DNA of 64,000 nucleotides, taken from NCBI GenBank assembly GCA_035945675.1, contig DASZAB010000034.1:30255-94254 (forward strand). The letters run 5' to 3'. Both the position numbers and the translations under genes were made by a program. Source of the DNA: Verrucomicrobiia bacterium (GTDB taxonomy: Bacteria > Verrucomicrobiota > Verrucomicrobiia > Limisphaerales > UBA11358). Shown one piece after another: positions 1 through 8,755 of the stretch (the stretch's first letter is position 1; each line of letters begins with the position of its first letter). Under the pieces are notes generated by a model. The model did no database searches. It had not been told where the DNA came from and was given only the letters and a program-made list of their open reading frames with translations.

Positions 1-61
1 CGCCGGTCTCCGATCCGGCGTGTCGGATGGGTCGCCGAACGCGCCGGATCGGAGACCGGCG
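1..61. repeat. Perfect 20-bp inverted repeat (1-20 / 42-61) inside the rsmA reading frame
   Basis: CGCCGGTCTCCGATCCGGCG at 1-20 is the exact reverse complement of 42-61, with a 21-nt spacer. It is translated in frame as AGLRSGVSDGSPNAPDRRPA. Confidence 0.85.
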
Positions 62-616
62 CTCCAATTATTGCACGCGGACGCCTTGGAGTTCCTCAAG
101 CGCGAGTCGCGGAACTGGTGCGACTGGAAACTGGTGGCCAATCTGCCATATTCCGTCGCCTCGCCGATTCTGGTGGAACTGGCCCGTGGCGCGCGCGCGC
201 CAAAGAGAATCGTGGCCACACTCCAACACGAAGTCGCGCAACGGCTGATGGCCAAAGCCGGGGACAAGGATTACGGCGTGCTGACGCTGCTGGTGCAACT
301 CGATTTCGAGCCGCGCGGCTCCTTCAAGATTCCGAAAGGTTGCTTCTTCCCGGAACCGGACGTGGATTCGGCTTGCGTGGTTCTGGATCGCCGGGCGGTT
401 CCGCTTTTGCCGGAAAACCAGCGTGAAGCTTTTGTGAAAATCGTGAAACGCGCCTTTTCCCAGCGGCGGAAGATGATGCTGAAATTGCTCCGCGAGGACT
501 GGCCCGGAGAAAAATTGGAACAAGCGTTTGCGGAACTGAAAATTCCGCCGCAGGAACGCGCCGAGAAATTGAGTCTGGAACAGTTTGTCTATCTGACGGA
601 AAAACTTTTGTTGTAA
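2..616 (+). CDS. rsmA: 16S rRNA dimethyladenosine transferase RsmA/KsgA (5' end outside window)
   Basis: Frame of ORF 20..616 stays open to the window edge. KsgA-like motifs LHADALEF, NLPYSVASPIL, FFPEPDVDSACV, QRRKM. Confidence 0.9.
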   Translation, partial: AGLRSGVSDGSPNAPDRRPALQLLHADALEFLKRESRNWCDWKLVANLPYSVASPILVELARGARAPKRIVATLQHEVAQRLMAKAGDKDYGVLTLLVQLDFEPRGSFKIPKGCFFPEPDVDSACVVLDRRAVPLLPENQREAFVKIVKRAFSQRRKMMLKLLREDWPGEKLEQAFAELKIPPQERAEKLSLEQFVYLTEKLLL

Positions 617-638
617 CCGCGCCTGGGAAAGCGCGGAA

Positions 639-1181
639 ATGTCCGCTGGTTCACTTCGGCGGCCACAAATCATGAGCGAAGAGATTTTTGATGTTGTCAA
701 CGAACGCGACGAGGTGGTTGGCCGCAAGCCGCGCGGCGAGGTGCACCGGCTGGGTCTGCTCCATCGGGCCATTCACGTGCTCGTTTTCAATTCACGTGGC
801 GAGACTTTTCTCCAGAAACGTTCGATGACCAAGGACCGCGAGCCCGGCAAGTGGGATTCCTCGTCGTCCGGCCACGTGGATTCCGGTGAGGATTATGATG
901 CGTGCGCGGTGCGCGAACTGCGCGAGGAAATTGGATTGATTGTCCCAAAAACGCCCGAGTGCTTATTCAGGATAGATGCCTGCGTGGAGACGGACCGGGA
1001 ATTTGTCCGGGTGTATCGTTGCGCAGCAGAGGGGCCGTTTCAGTTGCATCCCGACGAAATCGAGCGCGGCGAATGGTTTGCGCCGGAAGCGGTTACACGC
1101 TGGATTGCCGAACGTCCCCAAGACTTCGCGAGCGCCTTCCGGTTGATCTGGAGAAAGTATTCAGCCAGGGACAAGGGATGA
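639..1181 (+). CDS. Nudix hydrolase (IPP-isomerase-like subfamily)
   Basis: Nudix box GHVDSGEDYDACAVRELREEIGL. The start could also be the ATG at 672. Confidence 0.85.
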   Translation: MSAGSLRRPQIMSEEIFDVVNERDEVVGRKPRGEVHRLGLLHRAIHVLVFNSRGETFLQKRSMTKDREPGKWDSSSSGHVDSGEDYDACAVRELREEIGLIVPKTPECLFRIDACVETDREFVRVYRCAAEGPFQLHPDEIERGEWFAPEAVTRWIAERPQDFASAFRLIWRKYSARDKG

Positions 1182-1256
1182 ATTTCCGTGCGTCTTGATG
1201 GTTTGGCGCAAGGTTTGCTCCTTTACTTGCGCGAAAAATGGGGTAGTTATTCAGTC

Positions 1257-1886
1257 ATGCAAAACTTTTTGGTTCCAATTGTGGTCGAGCAGACCGGACG
1301 CGGCGAGCGGACGTGGGACATTTATTCCCGCCTGCTCGTGGACCGCATCATTTTCATCGGCACGCCGGTGGATGACACCGTCTCCAATATCATCATCGCC
1401 CAACTGTTGTTTCTCCAGATGAACGACGCGAAGAAGGACATCCATCTTTACATCAATTCGCCGGGCGGCAGCGTGACGGCCGGGCTGGCGATTTACGACA
1501 CGATGCAATTTTTGACGTGCGACGTGAACACGTACTGTATCGGCCAGGCCGCGAGCATGGCGGCGGTGCTGCTGGCGGCGGGCACGAAGGGCAAACGCTA
1601 CGCGCTGCCGAACGCGCGCATCATGATTCACCAGCCCTGGGGCGGTGTGCAGGGCCAGGCCACCGACATCAGCATCCAGGCGAAGGAAATCTTGCGGCTC
1701 AAGGACCGGTTGAATGAAATTCTCGGCAAACATTGCGGGCGCAAGGTGGAGGACATCACGCGCGATACGGACCGCGACCGGTTCATGTCCGCCGCCGAAG
1801 CCAGGGAATACGGCCTGGTGGACCAGGTCGTGCAGTCACGCAAGGATATCGCCGGTCTGGCGGAAAAAACCTCGGTGAGTGTGTAA
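1257..1886 (+). CDS. clpP: ATP-dependent Clp protease proteolytic subunit
   Basis: ClpP motifs [18 protein letters not shown] (Ser), IMIHQP (His). ATG at 1257 chosen inside ORF 1188..1886. Confidence 0.95.
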   Translation: MQNFLVPIVVEQTGRGERTWDIYSRLLVDRIIFIGTPVDDTVSNIIIAQLLFLQMNDAKKDIHLYINSPGGSVTAGLAIYDTMQFLTCDVNTYCIGQAASMAAVLLAAGTKGKRYALPNARIMIHQPWGGVQGQATDISIQAKEILRLKDRLNEILGKHCGRKVEDITRDTDRDRFMSAAEAREYGLVDQVVQSRKDIAGLAEKTSVSV

Positions 1887-1922
1887 AATCGTAAATTATA
1901 AACCTTAAATCAAAAATCGAGA

Positions 1923-3200
1923 ATGGCCCGTCCCAGCCAGCTTACCATGTGCAGTTTCTGCGGCAAATCGCACGCGGAAGTGCGCAAGCTCATCGCCGGG
2001 CCGGGCGTTTATATCTGCGACAATTGCATCATCCTCTGTAAAAACGTCCTCGACCGCGAATTGGAACTCCAGAACCAGAAAAAACAGCCGAAATTCACCG
2101 TTCCCAAGCCTGCGGAAATCAAACGGCAGCTGGATATGCACTGTGTCGGCCAGGAGCACGCCAAGAAAACGTTGGCGGTCGCGGTTCACAATCATTACAA
2201 GCGCATTCAGCAGGAACCCGAGGGGGGGCTTGCCGCCGGCAAGGGCAAGCATGCCGGCGTGGAAATCGAAAAGAGCAATATTTTGATGATCGGCCCGACC
2301 GGTTCCGGCAAAACACTGCTGGCACGCACGCTGGCCAAAGTCCTCGATGTCCCTTTCGCCATGGCCGACGCCACCACGCTCACCGAAGCCGGCTACGTGG
2401 GTGAAGACGTGGAGAACATCATATTGCGGTTGCTGCAAAATTCGGATTACGACGTGAAACGCGCCCAGCGCGGCATCGTTTACATTGACGAGATTGATAA
2501 AATTGCGCGCAAGGCCGACGGCCCGTCCATCACCCGCGACGTTTCCGGCGAAGGCGTGCAGCAGGCGCTGCTGAAAATCCTCGAAGGCACGGTCTGCAAC
2601 GTGCCGCCCCAGGGCGGACGCAAACATCCGCAGCAGGAATATATCCGCGTGGACACGACGGACATCCTGTTCATTTGCGGCGGGGCGTTTGTCGGCCTGG
2701 AGAAAATCATTCAACGGCGGCTGGGTCGGCACACGATGGGTTTTGGCGCCATCGGCGAGGTGCAAAAGAACGGCCAGGCCGCCCGTGTTCAAATTTTACA
2801 GCGCGCCGAACCGGAGGATTTGCTGGATTACGGTTTCATTCCCGAATTCATCGGCCGGCTGCCGGTGGTGACCACGCTGGCGGAATTGTCCGAAGATCAA
2901 CTGGTTTCCATTCTCACCGAGACCAAAAACGCGTTGACGAAGCAATTCGCCAAGCTCATGGCGATGGAAGGCGTGGAATTGGAGTTCACACCCGATGCGC
3001 TGCGCGAACTGGCAATTTTGGCGCTCAAGAAGGGCACCGGCGCGCGCGCACTGCGCGGGTTGATTGAGCGGCTGATGCTGGACGTGATGTATGACGCGCC
3101 CGACAACAGCGACGTCGTTCACGTGAAAATCACGCGGTCCGCTGTGCTCGGTGAAACCCAACCCCTCGTGCGGCGCAAACCGGATATGGAGGCGGCGTAG
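1923..3200 (+). CDS. clpX: ATP-dependent Clp protease ATP-binding subunit ClpX
   Basis: N-terminal zinc finger CSFCGK..CDNC, Walker A GPTGSGKT, Walker [10 protein letters not shown]. Lies directly downstream of clpP. Confidence 0.97.
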   Translation: MARPSQLTMCSFCGKSHAEVRKLIAGPGVYICDNCIILCKNVLDRELELQNQKKQPKFTVPKPAEIKRQLDMHCVGQEHAKKTLAVAVHNHYKRIQQEPEGGLAAGKGKHAGVEIEKSNILMIGPTGSGKTLLARTLAKVLDVPFAMADATTLTEAGYVGEDVENIILRLLQNSDYDVKRAQRGIVYIDEIDKIARKADGPSITRDVSGEGVQQALLKILEGTVCNVPPQGGRKHPQQEYIRVDTTDILFICGGAFVGLEKIIQRRLGRHTMGFGAIGEVQKNGQAARVQILQRAEPEDLLDYGFIPEFIGRLPVVTTLAELSEDQLVSILTETKNALTKQFAKLMAMEGVELEFTPDALRELAILALKKGTGARALRGLIERLMLDVMYDAPDNSDVVHVKITRSAVLGETQPLVRRKPDMEAA

Positions 3201-3367
3201 GAATTTACGATTGAAGCCGGACTCCAAACCTGGCGCGTAAATTATAATCCCACTTCGAACTCTTTGTGCTCAGGTTTCAGCTTCCTGTCGAGCGCTCAAA
3301 AAGCAGGGAAACCAGCCGTTTTTACTTGCAGACCGAAGCGATTTCGGGAGTTTTAAGGAGCATTTGA

Positions 3368-4891
3368 ATGAATTTGCCGTCCGCCAAACTCGCCAATACT
3401 GGATCGCTGGTCACCGAGAGCCCGATCCGTGATTTGGAGGCCATCATCCGCTCGCGAACGCCGCTGATTGCCGTCGAGACCGGCGAAGAACCGCAGATTG
3501 TCCAGATGGTGCGGCAAATCGCACAACGTTTGCAATTGAAAGCGTATCGCTGGACGGTGACGGAAGGCTTGCAGGCGTTCGATCCCTGTGACCAACCGCT
3601 GCAATCGGTCGTCAAATCCCAGGAGGTTCTGAGCTACATCAAAAATTCCGCTTCGTATTCGCTGTTCCTCCTGTTGGATTTCAATCCCTATTTGGAAGAC
3701 GCGGTGGTGGTGCGTTATTTGAAAGACATCGCCCTGACGTATGCGCACCACTTTTCAACGGTGGTCTTGGTCGGCTCAACCATGCCGGTGCCGCCGGAGC
3801 TGCAGCCGTTCACCGCGCGATTCCGCCTGCCGCTGCCGTCCGCCGATGAGGTGCGCGGCATCGTCTATGATGTGGCCGCCGACTGGGGCGCGGAACACGG
3901 CAAACGGGATGTCCAAACCACCAACAAGGCGGTTGATTTGCTGGTGCGGAACCTGGTTGGCCTTACCACCACCGATGTGCGCCGCCTGGCGCTCAAAGCC
4001 ATTAATGACGATGGCGTGATCTCCGAATCGGAGATGCCCGAAGTCATGCGCGCAAAATATGAATTGCTCGGCCGTGACGGCGTTTTGTCATTCGAATATG
4101 AAACCGTGCAATTCTCGGAAATTGGCGGCATGCAGCGGCTGCGGAACTGGCTGGCTGTGCGCAAGGACTTTTTCCTGGGTGACGCCGACACGCAGCTCGA
4201 CCCGCCGCGCGGCGTGTTGCTGCTGGGCGTGCAGGGTTGCGGCAAAAGTCTCGTGGCCAAGGCGGCCTCCGCGATTTTCGGCGTGCCGCTGCTCCGGCTC
4301 GATTTCAGCGTGCTTTACAACAAATACTATGGGGAAACCGAGCGTAATTTACGCAAGGCCTTTGAAACCGCTGAAGTCATGTCACCGTGCGTCCTGTGGA
4401 TGGACGAAATTGAAAAAGGTGTGGCCGTACAGGAGGACGACGACGGCTTGTCGCGCCGGATTTTGGGAACCTTCCTGACGTGGATGTCGGAACGCAAAAA
4501 ACCGGTTTTCGTCGTCGCCACCGCCAATGACATCATACGGCTGCCGCCGGAATTGGTGCGCAAAGGACGTTTCGATGAGATTTTTTTTGTGGATTTGCCG
4601 TCGCCGCAGAACCGTCGGGACATATTACAGATTCATCTGCGCAAACGCTCGCTGGAACCGGCGCAATTCGACCTGGACGTGCTGGTGGAAGGTTCAAAAG
4701 GTTTTTCGGGTTCGGAAATCGAACAGGCCATTGTCTCAGCCATGTACACCGCCCACGCGCAAGGACACGCCCTGACGCAGACGGATTTGATCGCCGAAAT
4801 CCACCAGACCCGGCCCTTGTCGGTGGTGATGAGGGAAAAGATCCAGGAAACGCGCGATTGGGCATCGGACCGCACCGTGCCCTGTGATTGA
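3368..4891 (+). CDS. AAA+ ATPase, Ycf46-like (N-terminal domain plus one C-terminal AAA module)
   Basis: Walker A GVQGCGKS, Walker B VLWMDEIEK, second region of homology ATANDIIRLPPELVRKGRFD. The N-terminus TPLIAVETGEEPQI resembles Ycf46-type proteins. Confidence 0.8.
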   Translation: MNLPSAKLANTGSLVTESPIRDLEAIIRSRTPLIAVETGEEPQIVQMVRQIAQRLQLKAYRWTVTEGLQAFDPCDQPLQSVVKSQEVLSYIKNSASYSLFLLLDFNPYLEDAVVVRYLKDIALTYAHHFSTVVLVGSTMPVPPELQPFTARFRLPLPSADEVRGIVYDVAADWGAEHGKRDVQTTNKAVDLLVRNLVGLTTTDVRRLALKAINDDGVISESEMPEVMRAKYELLGRDGVLSFEYETVQFSEIGGMQRLRNWLAVRKDFFLGDADTQLDPPRGVLLLGVQGCGKSLVAKAASAIFGVPLLRLDFSVLYNKYYGETERNLRKAFETAEVMSPCVLWMDEIEKGVAVQEDDDGLSRRILGTFLTWMSERKKPVFVVATANDIIRLPPELVRKGRFDEIFFVDLPSPQNRRDILQIHLRKRSLEPAQFDLDVLVEGSKGFSGSEIEQAIVSAMYTAHAQGHALTQTDLIAEIHQTRPLSVVMREKIQETRDWASDRTVPCD

Positions 4892-4892
4892 A

Positions 4893-5870
4893 TCACCGCG
4901 CAAAAATCTGGCGGATGACGTCTTCAATCGGGACTTCCTGGATGTCAATATCGGTCACCGGCAGGTCGTCGAGCAATGATTTGCAGACGGCAATCACGCG
5001 GTCGCGCTTGACCTTGAGGGTAATGGCGCTCGGCGTTTTTTCCACGACCTCGCCGTAGCGCGCCAGGCTTTCCGCAGGCTGCGCGTCCGCGTTGGTGCAT
5101 TGTATTGTGACGAACTTGAAATCGGCGAAACGGTCCACAATTTCGTCCAGCCGGCCGTCGAAGAAAATTTTGCCGCGGTCAATAATAATGACGCGCTGGC
5201 AAAGTGCCTGGATGTCGGCCATATAGTGGCTCGTGAGGAGAATCGTGGTCTTTTGATCGGCGTTGTGGCGGCGGATGAATTCGCGGACGGTCTTTTGTGA
5301 GACGACGTCCAGTCCGATGGTTGGTTCATCGAGGAAGAGCACCCTGGGCTGGTGCAGCAGCGAGGCGATGAGCTCCATTTTCATGCGTTCGCCGAGGGAA
5401 AGCTCGCGCACGCTCACGTTGAGCTTCTCCTGGACGGCCAGCAGCTCGCTCATTTCGGCTACCGTTCGCTCGAAACGCTCCGGGGGAATGCCGTAGATTT
5501 TTGCATTTAATTCGAGGGATTCGCGCGCGGGCAAATCCCACCAGAGCTGGTTTTTCTGGCCAAGGACCAGCGCGAACTGACGGCGGTATCCGTCGGCGCG
5601 TTCCCACGGTGTGTAACCGAGGACCCGGGCCGAGCCACCCGTGGGATAAAGCAGGCCGGCGAGCATTTTGAGCGTGGTGGTCTTGCCGGCGCCGTTCGGG
5701 CCGAGAAAACCGACCAGTTCGCCGGGTTCAATCTGGAAATGCACGTCGTTAACGGCAACGGTTTGCTCGTATTGACGGTGGAAAAGCCCTTTGACCGCGC
5801 CCGCAAAGCCGGGCTGCTTTTTATAGGTGCGAAAAGCCTTGGTCAGGCCGTTGACTTCAATGACCGGCAT
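4893..5870 (-). CDS. ABC transporter ATP-binding protein (ABC-2 type, no permease nearby)
   Basis: Walker A GPNGAGKTT, signature LSLGERMK, Walker B VLFLDEPT, H-loop TSH. Confidence 0.9.
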   Translation of the reverse strand: MPVIEVNGLTKAFRTYKKQPGFAGAVKGLFHRQYEQTVAVNDVHFQIEPGELVGFLGPNGAGKTTTLKMLAGLLYPTGGSARVLGYTPWERADGYRRQFALVLGQKNQLWWDLPARESLELNAKIYGIPPERFERTVAEMSELLAVQEKLNVSVRELSLGERMKMELIASLLHQPRVLFLDEPTIGLDVVSQKTVREFIRRHNADQKTTILLTSHYMADIQALCQRVIIIDRGKIFFDGRLDEIVDRFADFKFVTIQCTNADAQPAESLARYGEVVEKTPSAITLKVKRDRVIAVCKSLLDDLPVTDIDIQEVPIEDVIRQIFAR

Positions 5871-5913
5871 GACGGAAGTGTCGAGTGAGGAGAGAAAAGT
5901 GTCGAGCGCGGAA

Positions 5914-7284
5914 TCAGCGCATCAACTGCTTTTCGAGATAATGGACGACTTGCCGGACATTGGAATCCACTTCCATGCGGTCTTTCACGAGGCGGCAGGC
6001 GTGGAGGACGGTGCCATGATCGCGGCCGCCGAAGGCTTCGCCGATGGTATTGAGCGAGCTTTCGGTCATCTGGCGCGACAAATACATGGCCACCTGGCGC
6101 GGGAAGGCAATGTTTTCCGGGCGCCGCTTACTGGTCATGTCGGCGAGGCGGATGTCAAAATGTTCGGCCACACGCTTCTGGATGACTTCGATGCTGATGG
6201 AGAGGCGGCCTTCTTCATGGAGGATTTCGCGCAACAAACCTTCCACCACTTCGATGGTCAATTTCCGGCCGGTGAGCGAGGCGTAGGAAGCCACGCGGAT
6301 GAGCGCGCCTTCGAGCCGGCGGACGTTGGTGCGAATACGACTGGCGAGGAAATTCAAGATGTCCTCGGGCAGGGTGACCCCCATGAGTTGGGCCTTTTTG
6401 TTCAGGATGGCCAGGCGCATTTCGATGTCCGGCGGCTGCAGATCGGTGACCAGCCCCCATTCAAACCGGGAAACGAGGCGGTGTTCAAGATTCTGGATTT
6501 CGCTGGCCGGGCGGTCACAGGTGAGCACGATCTGCTTGTGCGCCTCGTGCAATGCGTTGAACGTGTGAAAAAATTCCTCCTGAATCCGTTCCTTGCCCGC
6601 CAGGAATTGGATGTCATCAATCAACAACACATCGGTTTGCCGGTATTTTTTGCGGAACCGGGCCAGTTGGTTGTTTTGAATGCCATCAATGTACTCGTTC
6701 GTGAACTTCTCGGATGAGACGTAGGCGACGCGCGCGCTCTTCTTGTTGCTGGCGACATACTGGCCGATGGCATGGAGCAGATGAGTCTTGCCCAGACCGA
6801 CTCCGCCGTAGAGGAAGAGCGGATTATAGGATTTGCCGGGGGCCTGGGCGACGGCCAGCGCGGCGGCGTAGGCGAAATTGTTGTTGTTGCCGACGACAAA
6901 GGTGTCGAAGGTGTTTTTGGGGTTGAAATTGATTTCCCCATTGTATGACGCGCGCTCGTGGCTGGACTCGGCGGCTCGGGTGGGTTTGGCTGGCGCTGGG
7001 GCGACGGGTGCGGAAAGCGCGTGGGCGCCGTTCCCGGCAGCAATTTTGAATTTGATTTGCACCTGGCGGCCGGCGGCGACAGTCAAGGCATCCTGCAACA
7101 GGCTGAGATAATTGTCTTTAAGCCAGACCTCGCAGAATTCGTTGGCCACCTCCAGAGTAACGCAGTTTGGATCAACCGCATTGGCACGCAACGGGGCGAA
7201 CCACATGTTGTAAGTGTCTGTATTCAACCTGGAACGAAGATGTTCCCGCGCTGAATTCCAAATTTTTTCTGCCGAAAGCTGCAT
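5914..7284 (-). CDS. dnaA: Chromosomal replication initiator protein DnaA
   Basis: AAA module GGVGLGKTHLL and LLIDDIQFL. C-terminal DNA-binding domain with PRQVAMYL and FGGRDHGTVLHA. Confidence 0.97.
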   Translation of the reverse strand: MQLSAEKIWNSAREHLRSRLNTDTYNMWFAPLRANAVDPNCVTLEVANEFCEVWLKDNYLSLLQDALTVAAGRQVQIKFKIAAGNGAHALSAPVAPAPAKPTRAAESSHERASYNGEINFNPKNTFDTFVVGNNNNFAYAAALAVAQAPGKSYNPLFLYGGVGLGKTHLLHAIGQYVASNKKSARVAYVSSEKFTNEYIDGIQNNQLARFRKKYRQTDVLLIDDIQFLAGKERIQEEFFHTFNALHEAHKQIVLTCDRPASEIQNLEHRLVSRFEWGLVTDLQPPDIEMRLAILNKKAQLMGVTLPEDILNFLASRIRTNVRRLEGALIRVASYASLTGRKLTIEVVEGLLREILHEEGRLSISIEVIQKRVAEHFDIRLADMTSKRRPENIAFPRQVAMYLSRQMTESSLNTIGEAFGGRDHGTVLHACRLVKDRMEVDSNVRQVVHYLEKQLMR

Positions 7285-7739
7285 TTGCGTTTTGTCAAAA
7301 AGCCCGTTTTTTAAGCGTTTTATTCACCTAGCCCTAAAATTGGCGTTTGACCTCGCCCGCCATGCTCACTTGCGCCACTTTAAACTTATTGTTTCGATAA
7401 AGCGTTTGCACGCACGCCCTTATATCATCGAAACCGCCGCACCAACATCAATGCAACACTTTGATTTGTAATATGTTGCGAATTATCAGACCGAAACTCT
7501 GATTCTGCGTCTTCTAAAACCATTGAAACGTCACGACCAACTTCTTGCTTACGCGAACTTTTTACGCAAATTCGCCGGACGTTTCTAGGACAACATATTA
7601 ACTTTTGTTCACGAGTTATTCACAACCGCCTGACCCCTGCGTAAAGCTAAATGATTTCACGATTTTACCAACGGTTTTATTCAATACAAAACTGGTTCTC
7701 AAACGAAAAATCTGCAATTTTATCCTTCCAAACTACGGT
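7285..7739. other. Putative oriC / dnaA promoter region
   Basis: 455-bp non-coding, visibly AT-rich spacer upstream of dnaA. TTATTCACA at 7616-7624 fits the TTATNCACA box. TTATTCACC at 7320-7328 and TTGTTCACG around 7605 are near matches. Confidence 0.5.
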
Positions 7740-8156
<417 letters not shown>

Positions 8157-8430
8157 TTATCCCCGGTGGGATTCCAATAGGAACCAAATGAATGTCTTGG
8201 AGGGCAGAACACACTTATTGGTTTGGCGCGGAAAAAGAAATAACACTTATACTTTGTCCATTCAGGTTGACATAAATAAGCGTTTGTGATTTTATATGTG
8301 CAAGGTGCGACGGGTTCCTGGCTCTGTCGACGGTGTTCTTTGAATTTCTGTAACAGTTTTCGTTCCGGGTATCGGTACGCTCCCGGATCGGAGTTCTTCG
8401 TAATCCTACGTACGTACTCTCGAAAATTCC

Positions 8431-8478
8431 CCGGGTCTCTCGGCCACCCCCTGGCCGCTTGACCCGGTTTTTCTTTTT
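8431..8478 (+). terminator. Putative intrinsic terminator of a short non-coding transcript upstream of ileS
   Basis: Stem CCGGGTC (8431-8437) / GACCCGG (8461-8467) with nested GGCCA/TGGCC, followed by TTTTTCTTTTT. Confidence 0.45.
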
Positions 8479-8524
8479 AACGCCCGATTCAAACGGCCAT
8501 GCGGCGGCGATGCCATTTGGAAAT

Positions 8525-8603
8525 TTCGGTGGGCGGGTGTCCTCGCGAGCCGGCTCGTCAGGAGCCACGCCCCCCCAAAAATGTACTGTTACCGCCGACG
8601 CGG
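8525..8603 (+). repeat. Family A palindromic element, copy A1 (intergenic)
   Basis: GGTGGGCGGGTGTCCTCGCGAGCCGGCTCGTCAGGAGCCACGCCCCC plus shared flank AAAATGTAC..TACC. Homologous to the copies at 22144, 55646, 58070 and 61988. Confidence 0.8.
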
Positions 8604-8755
8604 CAGTAACCTGATTTGAGGTTTGGGTCCCGCGTTCACGCGGTCCCGGGCCGCCTAACGGCGGAACTCCGGGCAAATTCAGGACAGTACCGCCGCCGCG
8701 CGTTCGTTGACACTGATTTTCCCGGCTGTTAGCTTTGTTCCTTCTGAAAGTCACG

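Noticed and set aside
2215-2250. Small palindrome CTTGCCG-c-CGGCAAG in clpX (extra residues [10 protein letters not shown] compared with the E. coli ClpX sequence as I recall it) as another repeat insertion
   Set aside because: It has only a 7-bp stem, I saw no similar copies elsewhere in the window, and the length difference from E. coli ClpX is small. The evidence is insufficient.
8296-8478. T-box riboswitch upstream of ileS
   Set aside because: GGGTATCGGTACGC only loosely resembles the T-box GGGTGGTACCGCG. I could not identify a Stem I specifier loop or an antiterminator alternative, and the element is 280 nt from the start codon. It is kept only as a generic ncRNA/leader candidate.
8215-8754. 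179-aa minus-strand ORF in the glnB-ileS spacer
   Set aside because: The translation is G/R/P-rich and runs through family A repeat A1 and the terminator hairpin. It would overlap the ileS start. It is more likely non-coding.
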